From Gammaproteobacteria bacterium (GTDB lineage: Bacteria > Pseudomonadota > Gammaproteobacteria > JAJFJF01): a stretch of DNA of 64,000 bases. The translations under genes and the position numbers were made by a program. This document shows, piece after piece, positions 29,077-39,900 of the stretch. The DNA lies in NCBI GenBank assembly GCA_021774255.1, contig JAJFJF010000018.1, forward strand, positions 17,729-81,728. Direction: 5' to 3'. Numbering within the stretch: the first letter of the stretch is position 1; every line of letters starts with the position of its first letter. The notes beneath the pieces are model-generated. The model ran no database searches. It was not told the origin of the DNA and was given only the letters and a program-made list of their open reading frames with translations.

Positions 29077-32000
29077 CTACAGATGAAGCTCGCGCATCTC
29101 CTGTTCTTTTTTAGCGACGGCGGCTTGGCCGCCTGGCAACAGCCGGCGCCAGAGGCTTGTGCCCACCAATTGCTTACGCATCGCCGGCAAGTCATACAAA
29201 ATCAGCTTCCCCAAAAAGAAAACTGACGCCACAAACGCAATCGCCGTCTTGAGCAACACCACGGTGTTCGTGCCCTTGCGCAACAAAAACAACACACCAA
29301 TACTAAACTGCGGAATGTCTTCGCCGAAAAAGTTCGCGAGCTTGAGCTTGGCAAAACGAAAGTCGATGTATTCCAACCCCCATTCTAGCCGCACCCAATC
29401 GGGGCTCAGCACCGGTAAAGTGATGAGCCAATACGGGATCGACTGCCATTTCTTCGGGTACCATCTGCCGCGCACGACGCGCATGCCCCACAAGCCCACG
29501 AGATAAGAGGTGACCAAAAAGCACATCGAGGCCAGCGCAAGCTTGGGTTCTTGATTTTCCAGCAACTCGCGAATAAGAAACGCATCCGAAATACGATCTG
29601 CCATCTCTAGCAAAAAGCCGATGACCGTGAGCACATGGTAAGGCTGCAGCCAGAGCGTCGTTGCCCCCCACCACCATAGAAATCGCTTCCAGCGGTCTGG
29701 TATTTCTGCCTCTTCCTCTTTTTCTAGCGTGTGGCCTGCTGCCCGATTCAACAACGCTGTTTTCAAAGCTTTCCATTGCTGACTGTCTTTGGGGAGCAGT
29801 ACGTTTTCGCCAAGCACCACATTGGTCAATGTTTGACAATTCGGCAGTGCCCGCAGCAAGTACTTCGCCGCCAGCCTATCAAGCAAGTTGTTCACCAAGA
29901 TTAGCTGCTCAAGCGCAGGCGGCAAACCAGTCTCGTACCAACCCCGCACACCCAGTGAGGTAATGTTGTTGTGAGACAAATCCACCGTCTTAACATGCGT
30001 GTTGTTTTGCAAAGCACGTGCAAGCGCTTGCAGTTTGGCATCATCTAACCCGTGGCCACTCAAGTCCAAATGGGTGAGCGTGTCTGTGTTTGCCTGAAGT
30101 GCTTCGCAGATCAACGCAAAGGCAATATCAAAATAATAGCCTTGCGGGCTTGCCCGGATCAAAAACTGTGCTTCCACACGCTCGCCCTGCTTGATCAAAT
30201 GCCAAATAACATTATGGCCCTGCGCATCGCACACAAAGATGTCTGCACCTTCGCGCACCAAACGCTCGGCTTCGCCCATGTCGCCCGCTGCAATCACTTT
30301 CATCAAAGGTGTCACTCCCTCAGCGTCGCGACGGTTAATGTCCGTGCCGTAAAAAGACGTGGTGTCGTCTGTCGCCAACAGTGTTATGAGATCTTCAGGA
30401 TTAGTTTCACCGTGACACTCCTGCTGGCTGTGCTGGTGATCACCCCAAAGGCGCTCTCCGTCAGGCAACATCGCTAGCACCATACGATGTTGACGTTGCC
30501 CTCCCAAGATAGCTGCATGTTGGACAGCTTGCGTTTTGTCTTGTGCATGCAAATAGGCTGCTACCTGCGCATGTCCGCCTCGCGCCGCACAATCCAGTGG
30601 CGTGCAACCCTCTTCATCTGTTTTCAAAAGCGCCGCGTTTGCACCCGCCGTTGTCGGTGCATTACTTGCACCATCCTGCTTTTGTTTGCTCAGCAAATAC
30701 TTCACTATCGCAAGCTGCCCCATGGCCGCCATCCAGTGTAGCTTGTCAGGCGAAGCAAGCTTTGCCTGCAGATCTTCTCGCGCGCAATAGTGAAGAAAAG
30801 CCAACATCATCAAAGCCAGCGCAACGCCGACCAGTGTCATGGCAATGTACCCATTGAGCTCTTCTTCAAAAAGCGGCGGCGGCACGGGGCAAGCCGTATT
30901 CGGTTTAGTTGGCACTGACGCACCCAACCCAATGAGGCAAGGATAGCTTCGCGTAGCACACATTTCCCACACCGTACCAAGAGACCAATCATCAAACGTG
31001 TTTGGCTTTTGCAATGCGGCCGTGTGCTTGCGAAAAGCACGCCGCACGTCATAGTAGCGCCCCGAAGTCGCCGGCAGCAGCTGGCCTGTCGTGTCTTGAT
31101 CCCAGTAGGTGCGCTCAATTTTGTCTGTGTCGAGTACCGAGCCAAGCAAGCCGCCAGCTTGCGAGCCTTGCACACAGCCCGCCGCGTAACATTCGATGAG
31201 CGTGCCATCGCGATTAGTGCCAATCAGGCCACCTACTTGAAAGTCACCGTGGGTGGCACCCACGGCATAACTTTGTAGCAAGCTGCCATGATGTTCGCCG
31301 ACAATACCGCCTACACTTGTTTGACCAGTGACCTCACCATACCCTGCGCATTGCACAATGTCTGCGGTATTGATCCCAACCAGGCCACCGACAATGTCGA
31401 TACCTGTGGTAGAACCATTGACGAAGCTTAAAACAACGCTACCGGCATGGCTGCCGAGCAACCCACCGACGCGTTCTTCACCGACTACCGTACTGGCACT
31501 GTAGCAATGCGCAACGGTGCCCGTGTTATCAGCAATCAACCCACCAACGATGATCGTGCCACGCACCTCACCTGACGCGCTGCTTTGGTGCACCATACCC
31601 GTGTTGCGTGCCACAAGCCCCGCAACGGTTCGGTTGCCCTTCACTTCAGTGCTCGCGTGACTTTCGCTGATCGCACCCGCGTTACTGCCTACCAGGCCAC
31701 CCAGAATATCTGTCCCGGCTATCACACCTGTTGCGCTGCAACGGTGCACCGTACCCAAGTTGGTACCGACCAACATACCCGCTGTCTCACCGGTAACAGT
31801 AAGGCTTGCGCTCACATGGCTATCGCTCACCACTCCGTAGTGCGTTCCGATCAAGCCGCCCACACTGTCTTTTGCGCGGATGTTGGCATCAACCAGGATA
31901 ACGTTTTTAATCTCAGCGGTCGGCGAGGTGTAGCCAAAAAGCCCCATGTGATCTTCGTCAGGCCGGTTAATCGTGAGCCCCATTATCTGAAAACCTTGCC

Positions 32001-35000
32001 CATCAAAAATGCCGGAGAACGAAGCAACCGTGGTCGCATCAATAAACCAGCCCAGCGGCAAAAAGCCAAAGCCATCATTCCACGTCGCTGTCTCGCGGCA
32101 ATCGATGTCTTGCATTAAGCGGACGTTGGCATCAACACACACCGCTTGCAGCTCACCACAGGTGCTGATATTGAAAGCTTCGGTGAAGCCGCCGCCTGAC
32201 GTCAACACCCGCAACTGCGGGTAGGCTTGGCAAGCTACCCACCACGTTGACGTAAAGTTCCACGTGGCATACGTGCCAGACCACTGCATCAAGCGGGTTG
32301 GTTTGCCGGTGCCGCCGCTACTAAAAAGACGGCCTGACCGATCAATATCCCAGTAGCTTGCGGTGACAACCGCGCTCAGGTCGCCAAAGCCCACCAGGCC
32401 GCCGACACCGGTACCGGTACCAATGACTGGCCCGACGGAGTAGCTATCGATAATCTGTTGCTGATTCCACCCCGCAAGGCCGCCGACAAAGTCACCACTG
32501 CCTGTGACGCTCACTTCTGAAATCGCTTCAATGAGGGTGCCGGCATTCCAGCCCACCACACCACCAACAATATCAGCATGGCCCACTACGCGCCCTTGTG
32601 CAGAGAGCGCACGCAGCTCACCGTTATTCCAACCCGCCAGGGCGCCTACATAGCGGTTGCCCGTGATGGTGGCGTTAAACAGTGCAAGGCGCTGTATCTG
32701 CGCGCCACTGCCCACATAACCAAATAGGCCTACATAGTCTTGCATGGGGCGGTCAATGAATAGATGCGAGATGGTATAGCCTTGCCCATCAAAAGTGCCA
32801 GTAAAAGGCGAGGCAAAGCTCGCACTTTCAAACCAGCCCAGCGGGTCAAAGCCTTTTTGATTATCCCAGGAGGCACTTTCGCTGCAGTCAATGTCTTGGG
32901 TGAGGATGAGTGTGTTACCAAAGCAAGCGGCTTGCAGCGCCGCACAGCTGTCGATGTACTCTACGGTACCACTGGCAGAGAGAAAAGCACGCAGCTGCGG
33001 CGGCGCACGGCAACCCGGGAGCCACACATTGTCAAAGTCCCAGTTCACAAACGTGCTCACCACTTCCATTTGTCGAGAAGTGCGAGGCGCACCCCCTGCG
33101 CTGATCGAGAGCTCCGAGACATCGCTGTCCCAGTAGCTGCTTTGCACCACACCATTTGCTGTCGCGACTAAACCACCCACACCGCTGCCACTGATGGCAA
33201 TCGTGCTGATCGCGTAACAGTTAACGATAGCGCCGGTGCTACTGCCGACGAGTCCACCCACCGTGTTAGTGCCATTGACTTGCGAAACAGCATAAGCATT
33301 TCGAATGGTCCCCGCATTAGTGCCCACCAGGCCGCCGGCATCACCACCTGCGGCAATGACCGTGCCTGTTGCGTAGCAGGTTTCAATGATACTTGCATCG
33401 GTGTTGCCACCGACTAAGCCGCCGACATAATTGCCAAGCCCCTGCACATTGCCCGATGCATAACAACGCGTAACCGTTGTACCTTGCGCTTGCCCTATCA
33501 GGCCCCCGACGTAATCGTCTGGACCCATCACATTTCCTGATGCGCTTGAGTCGGTCACAACACTTTCTTCACTTCGCCCTAACAGCCCACCTACATGCGT
33601 CGATGCCCCTTTTACATTCCCTGAAGCCGTACAGCTTTGAATCCGGCTACCCTCTTCGCCGAAATATCCAATTAGCCCGCCGACGGCCCCCAAACCTTCT
33701 ACATTAACGGCAGCATGGCAATTCTGTATTAATGCGCCTCTGTCTGTTTGTCCTGCCAAGCCACCCGCCCAGTGGCCTGTCGTCGTGACATTCCCGGAAG
33801 CCGTGCTGTTGATGATCACCCCGCCATCCGCATTGAGGCCGACCAAACCACCCACCGGATCAACACTGGTTCTAGAACCGGTGGCGTTTGTCGTGGCGTG
33901 ACAACGGCTGATGATGCCTTTGTTCTGACCCACCAAACCACCGACACGCCTACCGCCAGTGACGGTGGATATGGCAACACAATCAACTACCCTACCCCCG
34001 TTTAGACTTGTCAAGCCACCAATATCATCGTCACCCAACACGGTCGCCGAAGCGCGACAACCACTCAATGTCCCGCCATCATGGCTACCTACCAAACCAC
34101 CCAGGTAATTGGTGCCTACCACGGTTGCAGACAGCACATGGGCTTGGCTCACTAAACCTCCTTGATGCTCACCTATCAATCCACCCGCTGTCGCACCCGC
34201 ACTGATTACATTACCTGAAAAATTGCTTTGCATGACATTGCCGTTATTTACGCCTATTAGGCCACCAACATCTCCATTTGCATTGATGCTACCCGTCACT
34301 GAACATCCAATGACTGCGCCACCGTTGTTTTCTCCGATGAGCCCGCCTACTGCGTTTTTACCAGCAACATACAGATTAGCTAATGTGACATTGGCAACCC
34401 ACGCACCTTCCTCTGTTTGGGCAAACAAGCCAACCTGAGAAACAGTCAGACGATTAATTGTGAGATTAATAATCTGGTAACCATTGCCATCAAAAACGCC
34501 GCTCGTCAACAGTCCCGGTACAAAACCAGCGCCGCCGTCCCAGGCTGTCGTCTCATTGCAATCAATATCGTTTAGTAGCGAGATACCATCACTTGAAGAA
34601 AAAACAGCACCCTGTAATGCATCACAATCGCTCACTTGTACAACGCCGCAAGACTGGTGTGTCAGTGTGGGGTAGCCTGCCCCTTCGTTGATAGCCCAGG
34701 TACAGTTAAAGTCCCAAGCAACATACTCACTACGTTGACGCATCTGTGCAGTGCTCTTGCCTATACCGCTTGCGCTGCTTAGCTGGCCAGAAGACTCTGT
34801 GTCCCAATAGCTTGAAAACACGATAGAGGGCGAGCCTGCCTCGAGGCCAATTAAACCACCCACATTAGATGAACCTGTGACACTGCCTGTCGCGTAGCAC
34901 ATTGCCACGGTGCCATCGGAAAGGTAGCCTACCAAACCACCCACATTAGACGAGCCCGTGGCTTGCACCTCAGCATAAGACTGCACGATGCGACCTTGGT

Positions 35001-36696
35001 TAAACCCCACTAAACCACCGACTTGCCCTGTGCCTGTTACCTGGCCTGTTACGCCGCACCGTTTGATGAGCCCAAAATTCTGAGCGGCCAGCACCCCAGT
35101 CCAACTGCTGGCTGATACCGCCGCATTGACTAGCTCGATGTCTTGTATTACTGCACCGCTTTCTACACGACTCAATAGACCAACATAGTCTGCTGTCGCC
35201 CGGTTAATGGTGATGTCTGAAATAGCGTAGCCCTGACCATCCAAACGACTACCCGGGATCAATAAGCCTGGTGTAAAGCCTCCCCCTGCCCACAAAGACG
35301 TCTCTGCGCAATCAATATTCTGTTGCAACAGCGCCACACTGCCGCTCCAAAAAACAGCGCGCTGTAAATCAGCACACGTGTTGACTGTCAACACGCCCAA
35401 CCCACAAGCGCTTTGTCTCAGCACGGGGTAGCTCACCCCATTTTGAATCTCCCACACACAGTTGAAGTCCCAAAACGCATAGGTACCTGTTTGATACATC
35501 TGGGCCGTGGTCGCGCCTGTGCCACCATCACTGCCTGCTTGGGCAGACGTTTCCACATCCCAATAACTGGTGAAAATGATATCTGCATCGCGCTGACCAA
35601 TAAGTCCACCTATAAAGCTTGAGCCCGTGACCTGGCCAGTGGCATATGAAAAGGCAATAATGACTGCACGGCTACCAGTGAGTGTGCCGCCGATTAATCC
35701 GCCTACATATTGCATGCCAGAAACATCACCTCGCGCATAACAATGTATGATTTCACCTACGCTTCGACCAACCAATCCTCCTGTGTAAGAGCCGGTGCTG
35801 ATAACAAAACCCAAAGCACGACTTTGTACGATCGTACCCTGATTGTCACCTACCAAGCCGCCAACATACATGCCCCCGCTTCCAGTCACATTACCAAAGG
35901 CTGTGCATTGGCTGACAAGAACAATTTCATTTGTATTGGGTGCGTTCCAACCTAACAAACCACCCACATACGCCGAGCCAGCGACATTGCCAAACGCGGT
36001 GCTGCGATGAATAAAGCTATTCTGGTTGCTTGTAAATAAGCCTCCTACTAAACCGCCCACATATTTGATGCCAGTGACGTCAACAGAAGCCTCGCAGTTG
36101 TCTATTGTGATACCAATCGACCCATAGCCAATAAGACCACCTGTATAATCACCGGTATTACTGATTGTGCCCGTGACATTGTTTTGTTCAAAAACACTTC
36201 TTCGGCTAAAACCCACCAAACCACCTACATGAGAAAGGGCACTGACGGTAACAGACAAAGCAGCGCAGTGGGTTATTTTGGTTCCATAATCTATAAAACC
36301 AGCTAACGCACCCGCAAACTGCTTGCCGACAACCGTTGGTCTGATAAGGGTAAGGTGGTGCACTTCACCACCGTTATCTATCCTGGCAAACAAACCCATA
36401 TAGGCCAATGATGCCCGATTGATAGTGAGGTTAAAAATGCGGTACCCCCCACCCTCTAAAATGCCAGTGAATGGGGTGCCAAGCCCGCCGTTGGGCTGCT
36501 TTCCAATGGGCTCAAAGCCCTCACCGCTATTCCAAGTAGCCGTTTCGGTGCAATCAATGTCGGCGGTTAGCACATAGACACCATTCAGATCCTGGTTCAT
36601 CTGCTGAAGTTCAAAACAACTACCGATAGGGACCTGGGCGCGAGCGCAGCAGGCTGATACTACAAGCAACAACCACACAAGGTGCTTGATGGCCAT
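29077..36696 (-). CDS. Giant GLUG-repeat membrane protein with ankyrin repeats, RNI-like LRRs and C-terminal multipass domain
   Basis: 2539 aa. Signal peptide, about 1900 aa of VGGLVG/GLUG beta-solenoid modules, TM (GYIAMTLVGVALALMMLAFL, about 30790-30850), ankyrins (GCTPLDCAARGGH, GVTPLMKVIAAG), LRR (LTHLDLSGHGL, VKTVDLSHNNI) and several terminal TMs with EDIPQ. Confidence 0.85.
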   Translation of the reverse strand: MAIKHLVWLLLVVSACCARAQVPIGSCFELQQMNQDLNGVYVLTADIDCTETATWNSGEGFEPIGKQPNGGLGTPFTGILEGGGYRIFNLTINRASLAYMGLFARIDNGGEVHHLTLIRPTVVGKQFAGALAGFIDYGTKITHCAALSVTVSALSHVGGLVGFSRRSVFEQNNVTGTISNTGDYTGGLIGYGSIGITIDNCEASVDVTGIKYVGGLVGGLFTSNQNSFIHRSTAFGNVAGSAYVGGLLGWNAPNTNEIVLVSQCTAFGNVTGSGGMYVGGLVGDNQGTIVQSRALGFVISTGSYTGGLVGRSVGEIIHCYARGDVSGMQYVGGLIGGTLTGSRAVIIAFSYATGQVTGSSFIGGLIGQRDADIIFTSYWDVETSAQAGSDGGTGATTAQMYQTGTYAFWDFNCVWEIQNGVSYPVLRQSACGLGVLTVNTCADLQRAVFWSGSVALLQQNIDCAETSLWAGGGFTPGLLIPGSRLDGQGYAISDITINRATADYVGLLSRVESGAVIQDIELVNAAVSASSWTGVLAAQNFGLIKRCGVTGQVTGTGQVGGLVGFNQGRIVQSYAEVQATGSSNVGGLVGYLSDGTVAMCYATGSVTGSSNVGGLIGLEAGSPSIVFSSYWDTESSGQLSSASGIGKSTAQMRQRSEYVAWDFNCTWAINEGAGYPTLTHQSCGVVQVSDCDALQGAVFSSSDGISLLNDIDCNETTAWDGGAGFVPGLLTSGVFDGNGYQIINLTINRLTVSQVGLFAQTEEGAWVANVTLANLYVAGKNAVGGLIGENNGGAVIGCSVTGSINANGDVGGLIGVNNGNVMQSNFSGNVISAGATAGGLIGEHQGGLVSQAHVLSATVVGTNYLGGLVGSHDGGTLSGCRASATVLGDDDIGGLTSLNGGRVVDCVAISTVTGGRRVGGLVGQNKGIISRCHATTNATGSRTSVDPVGGLVGLNADGGVIINSTASGNVTTTGHWAGGLAGQTDRGALIQNCHAAVNVEGLGAVGGLIGYFGEEGSRIQSCTASGNVKGASTHVGGLLGRSEESVVTDSSASGNVMGPDDYVGGLIGQAQGTTVTRCYASGNVQGLGNYVGGLVGGNTDASIIETCYATGTVIAAGGDAGGLVGTNAGTIRNAYAVSQVNGTNTVGGLVGSSTGAIVNCYAISTIAISGSGVGGLVATANGVVQSSYWDSDVSELSISAGGAPRTSRQMEVVSTFVNWDFDNVWLPGCRAPPQLRAFLSASGTVEYIDSCAALQAACFGNTLILTQDIDCSESASWDNQKGFDPLGWFESASFASPFTGTFDGQGYTISHLFIDRPMQDYVGLFGYVGSGAQIQRLALFNATITGNRYVGALAGWNNGELRALSAQGRVVGHADIVGGVVGWNAGTLIEAISEVSVTGSGDFVGGLAGWNQQQIIDSYSVGPVIGTGTGVGGLVGFGDLSAVVTASYWDIDRSGRLFSSGGTGKPTRLMQWSGTYATWNFTSTWWVACQAYPQLRVLTSGGGFTEAFNISTCGELQAVCVDANVRLMQDIDCRETATWNDGFGFLPLGWFIDATTVASFSGIFDGQGFQIMGLTINRPDEDHMGLFGYTSPTAEIKNVILVDANIRAKDSVGGLIGTHYGVVSDSHVSASLTVTGETAGMLVGTNLGTVHRCSATGVIAGTDILGGLVGSNAGAISESHASTEVKGNRTVAGLVARNTGMVHQSSASGEVRGTIIVGGLIADNTGTVAHCYSASTVVGEERVGGLLGSHAGSVVLSFVNGSTTGIDIVGGLVGINTADIVQCAGYGEVTGQTSVGGIVGEHHGSLLQSYAVGATHGDFQVGGLIGTNRDGTLIECYAAGCVQGSQAGGLLGSVLDTDKIERTYWDQDTTGQLLPATSGRYYDVRRAFRKHTAALQKPNTFDDWSLGTVWEMCATRSYPCLIGLGASVPTKPNTACPVPPPLFEEELNGYIAMTLVGVALALMMLAFLHYCAREDLQAKLASPDKLHWMAAMGQLAIVKYLLSKQKQDGASNAPTTAGANAALLKTDEEGCTPLDCAARGGHAQVAAYLHAQDKTQAVQHAAILGGQRQHRMVLAMLPDGERLWGDHQHSQQECHGETNPEDLITLLATDDTTSFYGTDINRRDAEGVTPLMKVIAAGDMGEAERLVREGADIFVCDAQGHNVIWHLIKQGERVEAQFLIRASPQGYYFDIAFALICEALQANTDTLTHLDLSGHGLDDAKLQALARALQNNTHVKTVDLSHNNITSLGVRGWYETGLPPALEQLILVNNLLDRLAAKYLLRALPNCQTLTNVVLGENVLLPKDSQQWKALKTALLNRAAGHTLEKEEEAEIPDRWKRFLWWWGATTLWLQPYHVLTVIGFLLEMADRISDAFLIRELLENQEPKLALASMCFLVTSYLVGLWGMRVVRGRWYPKKWQSIPYWLITLPVLSPDWVRLEWGLEYIDFRFAKLKLANFFGEDIPQFSIGVLFLLRKGTNTVVLLKTAIAFVASVFFLGKLILYDLPAMRKQLVGTSLWRRLLPGGQAAVAKKEQEMRELHL

Positions 36697-36793
36697 GCTT
36701 GCACTAAATCAAAACACAAAAACTCTTAAAGCGTTTAAAAAAACAGAAACACTTGTACGCTTTAAAAAGACACAATGCTTCACAGTAAGTGGC

Positions 36794-36843
36794 GTAACAG
36801 GTAGAGGTAAATTTATTTTTTTAAGCTTACCTTTCCCTGTTAC
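36794..36843. promoter_or_regulatory. Back-to-back pair of TTACCT-N5-TGTTAC motifs serving the divergent giant genes
   Basis: Minus-strand copy at 36794-36810 (TTACCTctaccTGTTAC) and plus-strand copy at 36827-36843 (TTACCTttcccTGTTAC). Confidence 0.7.
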
Positions 36844-36958
36844 GCTATATGTTTAGAAAATCATCAGAATCACTTCATACAGGTTTCTCGGTTTTTTACT
36901 TTATCTACACATTTTTTGCGATTCGTATCGAAAACGCTTAAACAGCAAAACAACAACC

Positions 36959-39900
36959 ATGAAGGCTTACGCGGTCTTCCTGCTGGTGCTCTTAGGCTTA
37001 TGGCACCCTGCCTCAGCACAAACGCCAATTAGTACGTGCGCTGAGTTGCAGTTGATGAGCCAGGATCTAGGTGACGCCTATGTGCTAATCGCCGACATTG
37101 ACTGTACGCAGACCGCTACCTGGAATGGTGGTGAAGGTTTTGAGCCCATTGGCACCAACGCCGCACCCTTTACAGGTAACCTCGACGGCCAAGATCACAC
37201 AGTGACAAACCTCACTATCAACCGTCCCAGCACAGACTATGTTGGCGTGTTTGGCTACATCAGCGAGCCAGCATGGGTGACTCGCCTCAACTTAGCCAAT
37301 GCAGCCATCCTGGGGCAAGGTTACGTCGGCGGCATTGCTGCCTGGTCAGAGGGTACCTCGTTTAGCCACTGCAGGTTCTCAGGCAATGTCACCGCCCCTA
37401 TTCGAAGTGTCGGTAGCATGTTAGGGGGAGGCGAAAGAACTGTACTGACAAATTGTAGTGCCTCTGCAGAAATAACAAGCACAGGACCTCGAGTAGGCGG
37501 CCTGGTAGGCGAAGGTACTGATACCAAACTAACGCAATGCACTTTCTCAGGCAATGTCTTTGGCGATGATTTTGTAGGTGGCCTCATCGGACTTGATAGT
37601 GACGGCACGATCATCCAATGCCACACTGTTGTCAGTGTCACTGCCATCGGCTCAGCAATTGGCGGTCTTGCTGGTTTTCATCGGGGCACACTGACACAAA
37701 GCAGCGCACAAGGCTCTGTTAACAGCGGCGATGGGGAAGCAGGTGGCTTAGTCGGTCGCACTACTGGAAGCATCATCACACAGGTTTTTGCCTCCGTGAC
37801 CGTCACCAGCACAGGCGAAAACACGGGCGGCTTGATTGGTGAAGTACAAAGCCCCTCCACCATTGCTTATGCGTATTCTACCGGAGAAATCACAGGTACC
37901 AGTTCTGTGGGGGGGCTGATTGGCGATAACAGTGGAATTGTTTTTCGCAGCTACTGGGACACACAAGCCTCAACCAGAGGAAGCAGCGACGGCGGTACCG
38001 GCAAAACCACTGCCCAAATGTATCAACAATCTACTTTTGAAGGTTGGGACTTTAACTGCGCTTGGCAAATCAATGACGGGGTAAGCTATCCTTCTCTCAC
38101 AGAGAATATTTGCACAGAAGGCATCATTGAAGTCAGCAATTGTGATCAACTACAAACAGCTGTTCTCTCGCCATTTGCAACGATTGTATTAACAGAAGAT
38201 ATTGATTGCAGCGCAACGAGCACATGGGATAGTGGTGCCGGTTTTGCTCCTGGCGTATTAGCAACAGGTTCACTAGCAGGCAATGGCCATACGATTTTCA
38301 GTTTAATGATTAATCGCCCAGCCATAACGTCTGTTGGCCTCTTTGGGCAAATTAACGCTGCCTCCAACGTCACGCACCTCACACTCGTCAACCACAATAT
38401 TGTGGGCGCGCAGAGAACAGGAAGTGTTGTTGGCTCTTTAAATGGTGGCACACTGAGTCATTGCCATAGCGCGGGCAACGTATCTGCTACAGGTGGTGGC
38501 GGTGGTGGCATTGCTGGCTGGAGCACACTCGGGCGCATTACTCAGTGCAGCAGTTCAGGCCTTGTCACCGGCACCAACTATCTTGGTGGAATTGTGGGTT
38601 GGAATTTCGGGGGGCTGGTTAGCCAATGTAATGCGTCAGCGACTATCTATGGCACCGCTAGTTACAGTCACTATCTTGGCGGTTTGGTAGGCGCAAACGA
38701 TGATGAAACTTTTTCTGCTCAGCTTGGTATCATCATACAATCTCATGCACAAGGAAGTGTCACAAGCCCTGCCGATCGCATTGGTGGTCTCGTGGGCGAA
38801 AATGGCGGCATCATTGCACATTGCAGTGCTTCCGGCGCTGTCACGGGCAACAGCGCTGTCGGGGGGCTTGTGGGTCGACACCTCAGCATAGCAGGATACA
38901 GCTTTGCAACAGGCCCTGTTTCTGGTAACGCCTTATTCGGTGGTCTAGTAGGTGATGGTGGTGGTTTTGCATTCAGCTCCTATTGGAACACAGAGACCTC
39001 TGGGCAAATCACCAGTGCAAGTGGCATCGGCAAAACCACCGCGCAGATGTACCAGCAGTCAAACTATTTCACCTGGGATTTCGACTGCGCCTGGCAGATT
39101 AATGAAGGCGCGGACTACCCAACGCTCACCCAGCGTGATTGTACTAGCCAAAATTTTGAAGTGAGTACTTGCCAAGCGTTACAAACTGCCCTGTTTTTTC
39201 CAGGCGCTAATATCTCGCTATTGCAAGACATCGACTGTACAGAAACACGCATCTGGGAAGGCGGCGCAGGCTTTGGTCCCGGCATATTGGCAACTGGCTC
39301 GCTACAAGGCAATGGCCATACTCTTTATAACCTCACCATTGCGCAGCCACTCACCGCTGGCTATTTTGGATTGATCGCTTATATGGTTGAGCCTGCATGG
39401 GTAAGCAACCTCACTTTGCTCGACGTCTCTATTACTGGCGGCTCAGGCGGTAGTCTCCTTGGTCTGAACCTGCGCGGCACGGTGATGCTCTGCCATGCTT
39501 CAGGCACCGTCACTGGTCGCAACGTTGTGGGTGGCCTCATTGGTCAAAACAGAGGTGCTGTCAGTCAATGCAGTTTTGCTGGTAGCGTATCCGGCCAAGG
39601 CAATATAGGCGGATTAATTGGGTACCACTGGTGGCAAGCAGGCACGACTCTCACTGATGCCAGTGCAGTAGGTATTGTCACAGGCACTGATATGTTTTCT
39701 TCTATGCACACGGGTGGCTTAATTGGCTCCAGTGCAGCCGACATTGTCATGAATGCATATGCTGCCGTGTTGGTGATTGATATCGCCAACGCAGGCGGCC
39801 TAATTGGCGGGGGTGGAGGCACCTCCAGCAACAGCTACTGGGACCTCGACGTTTCTCAAACTGTGCTCAGTGCAGGCGGCGTGGGTAAAAGCACACGCCA

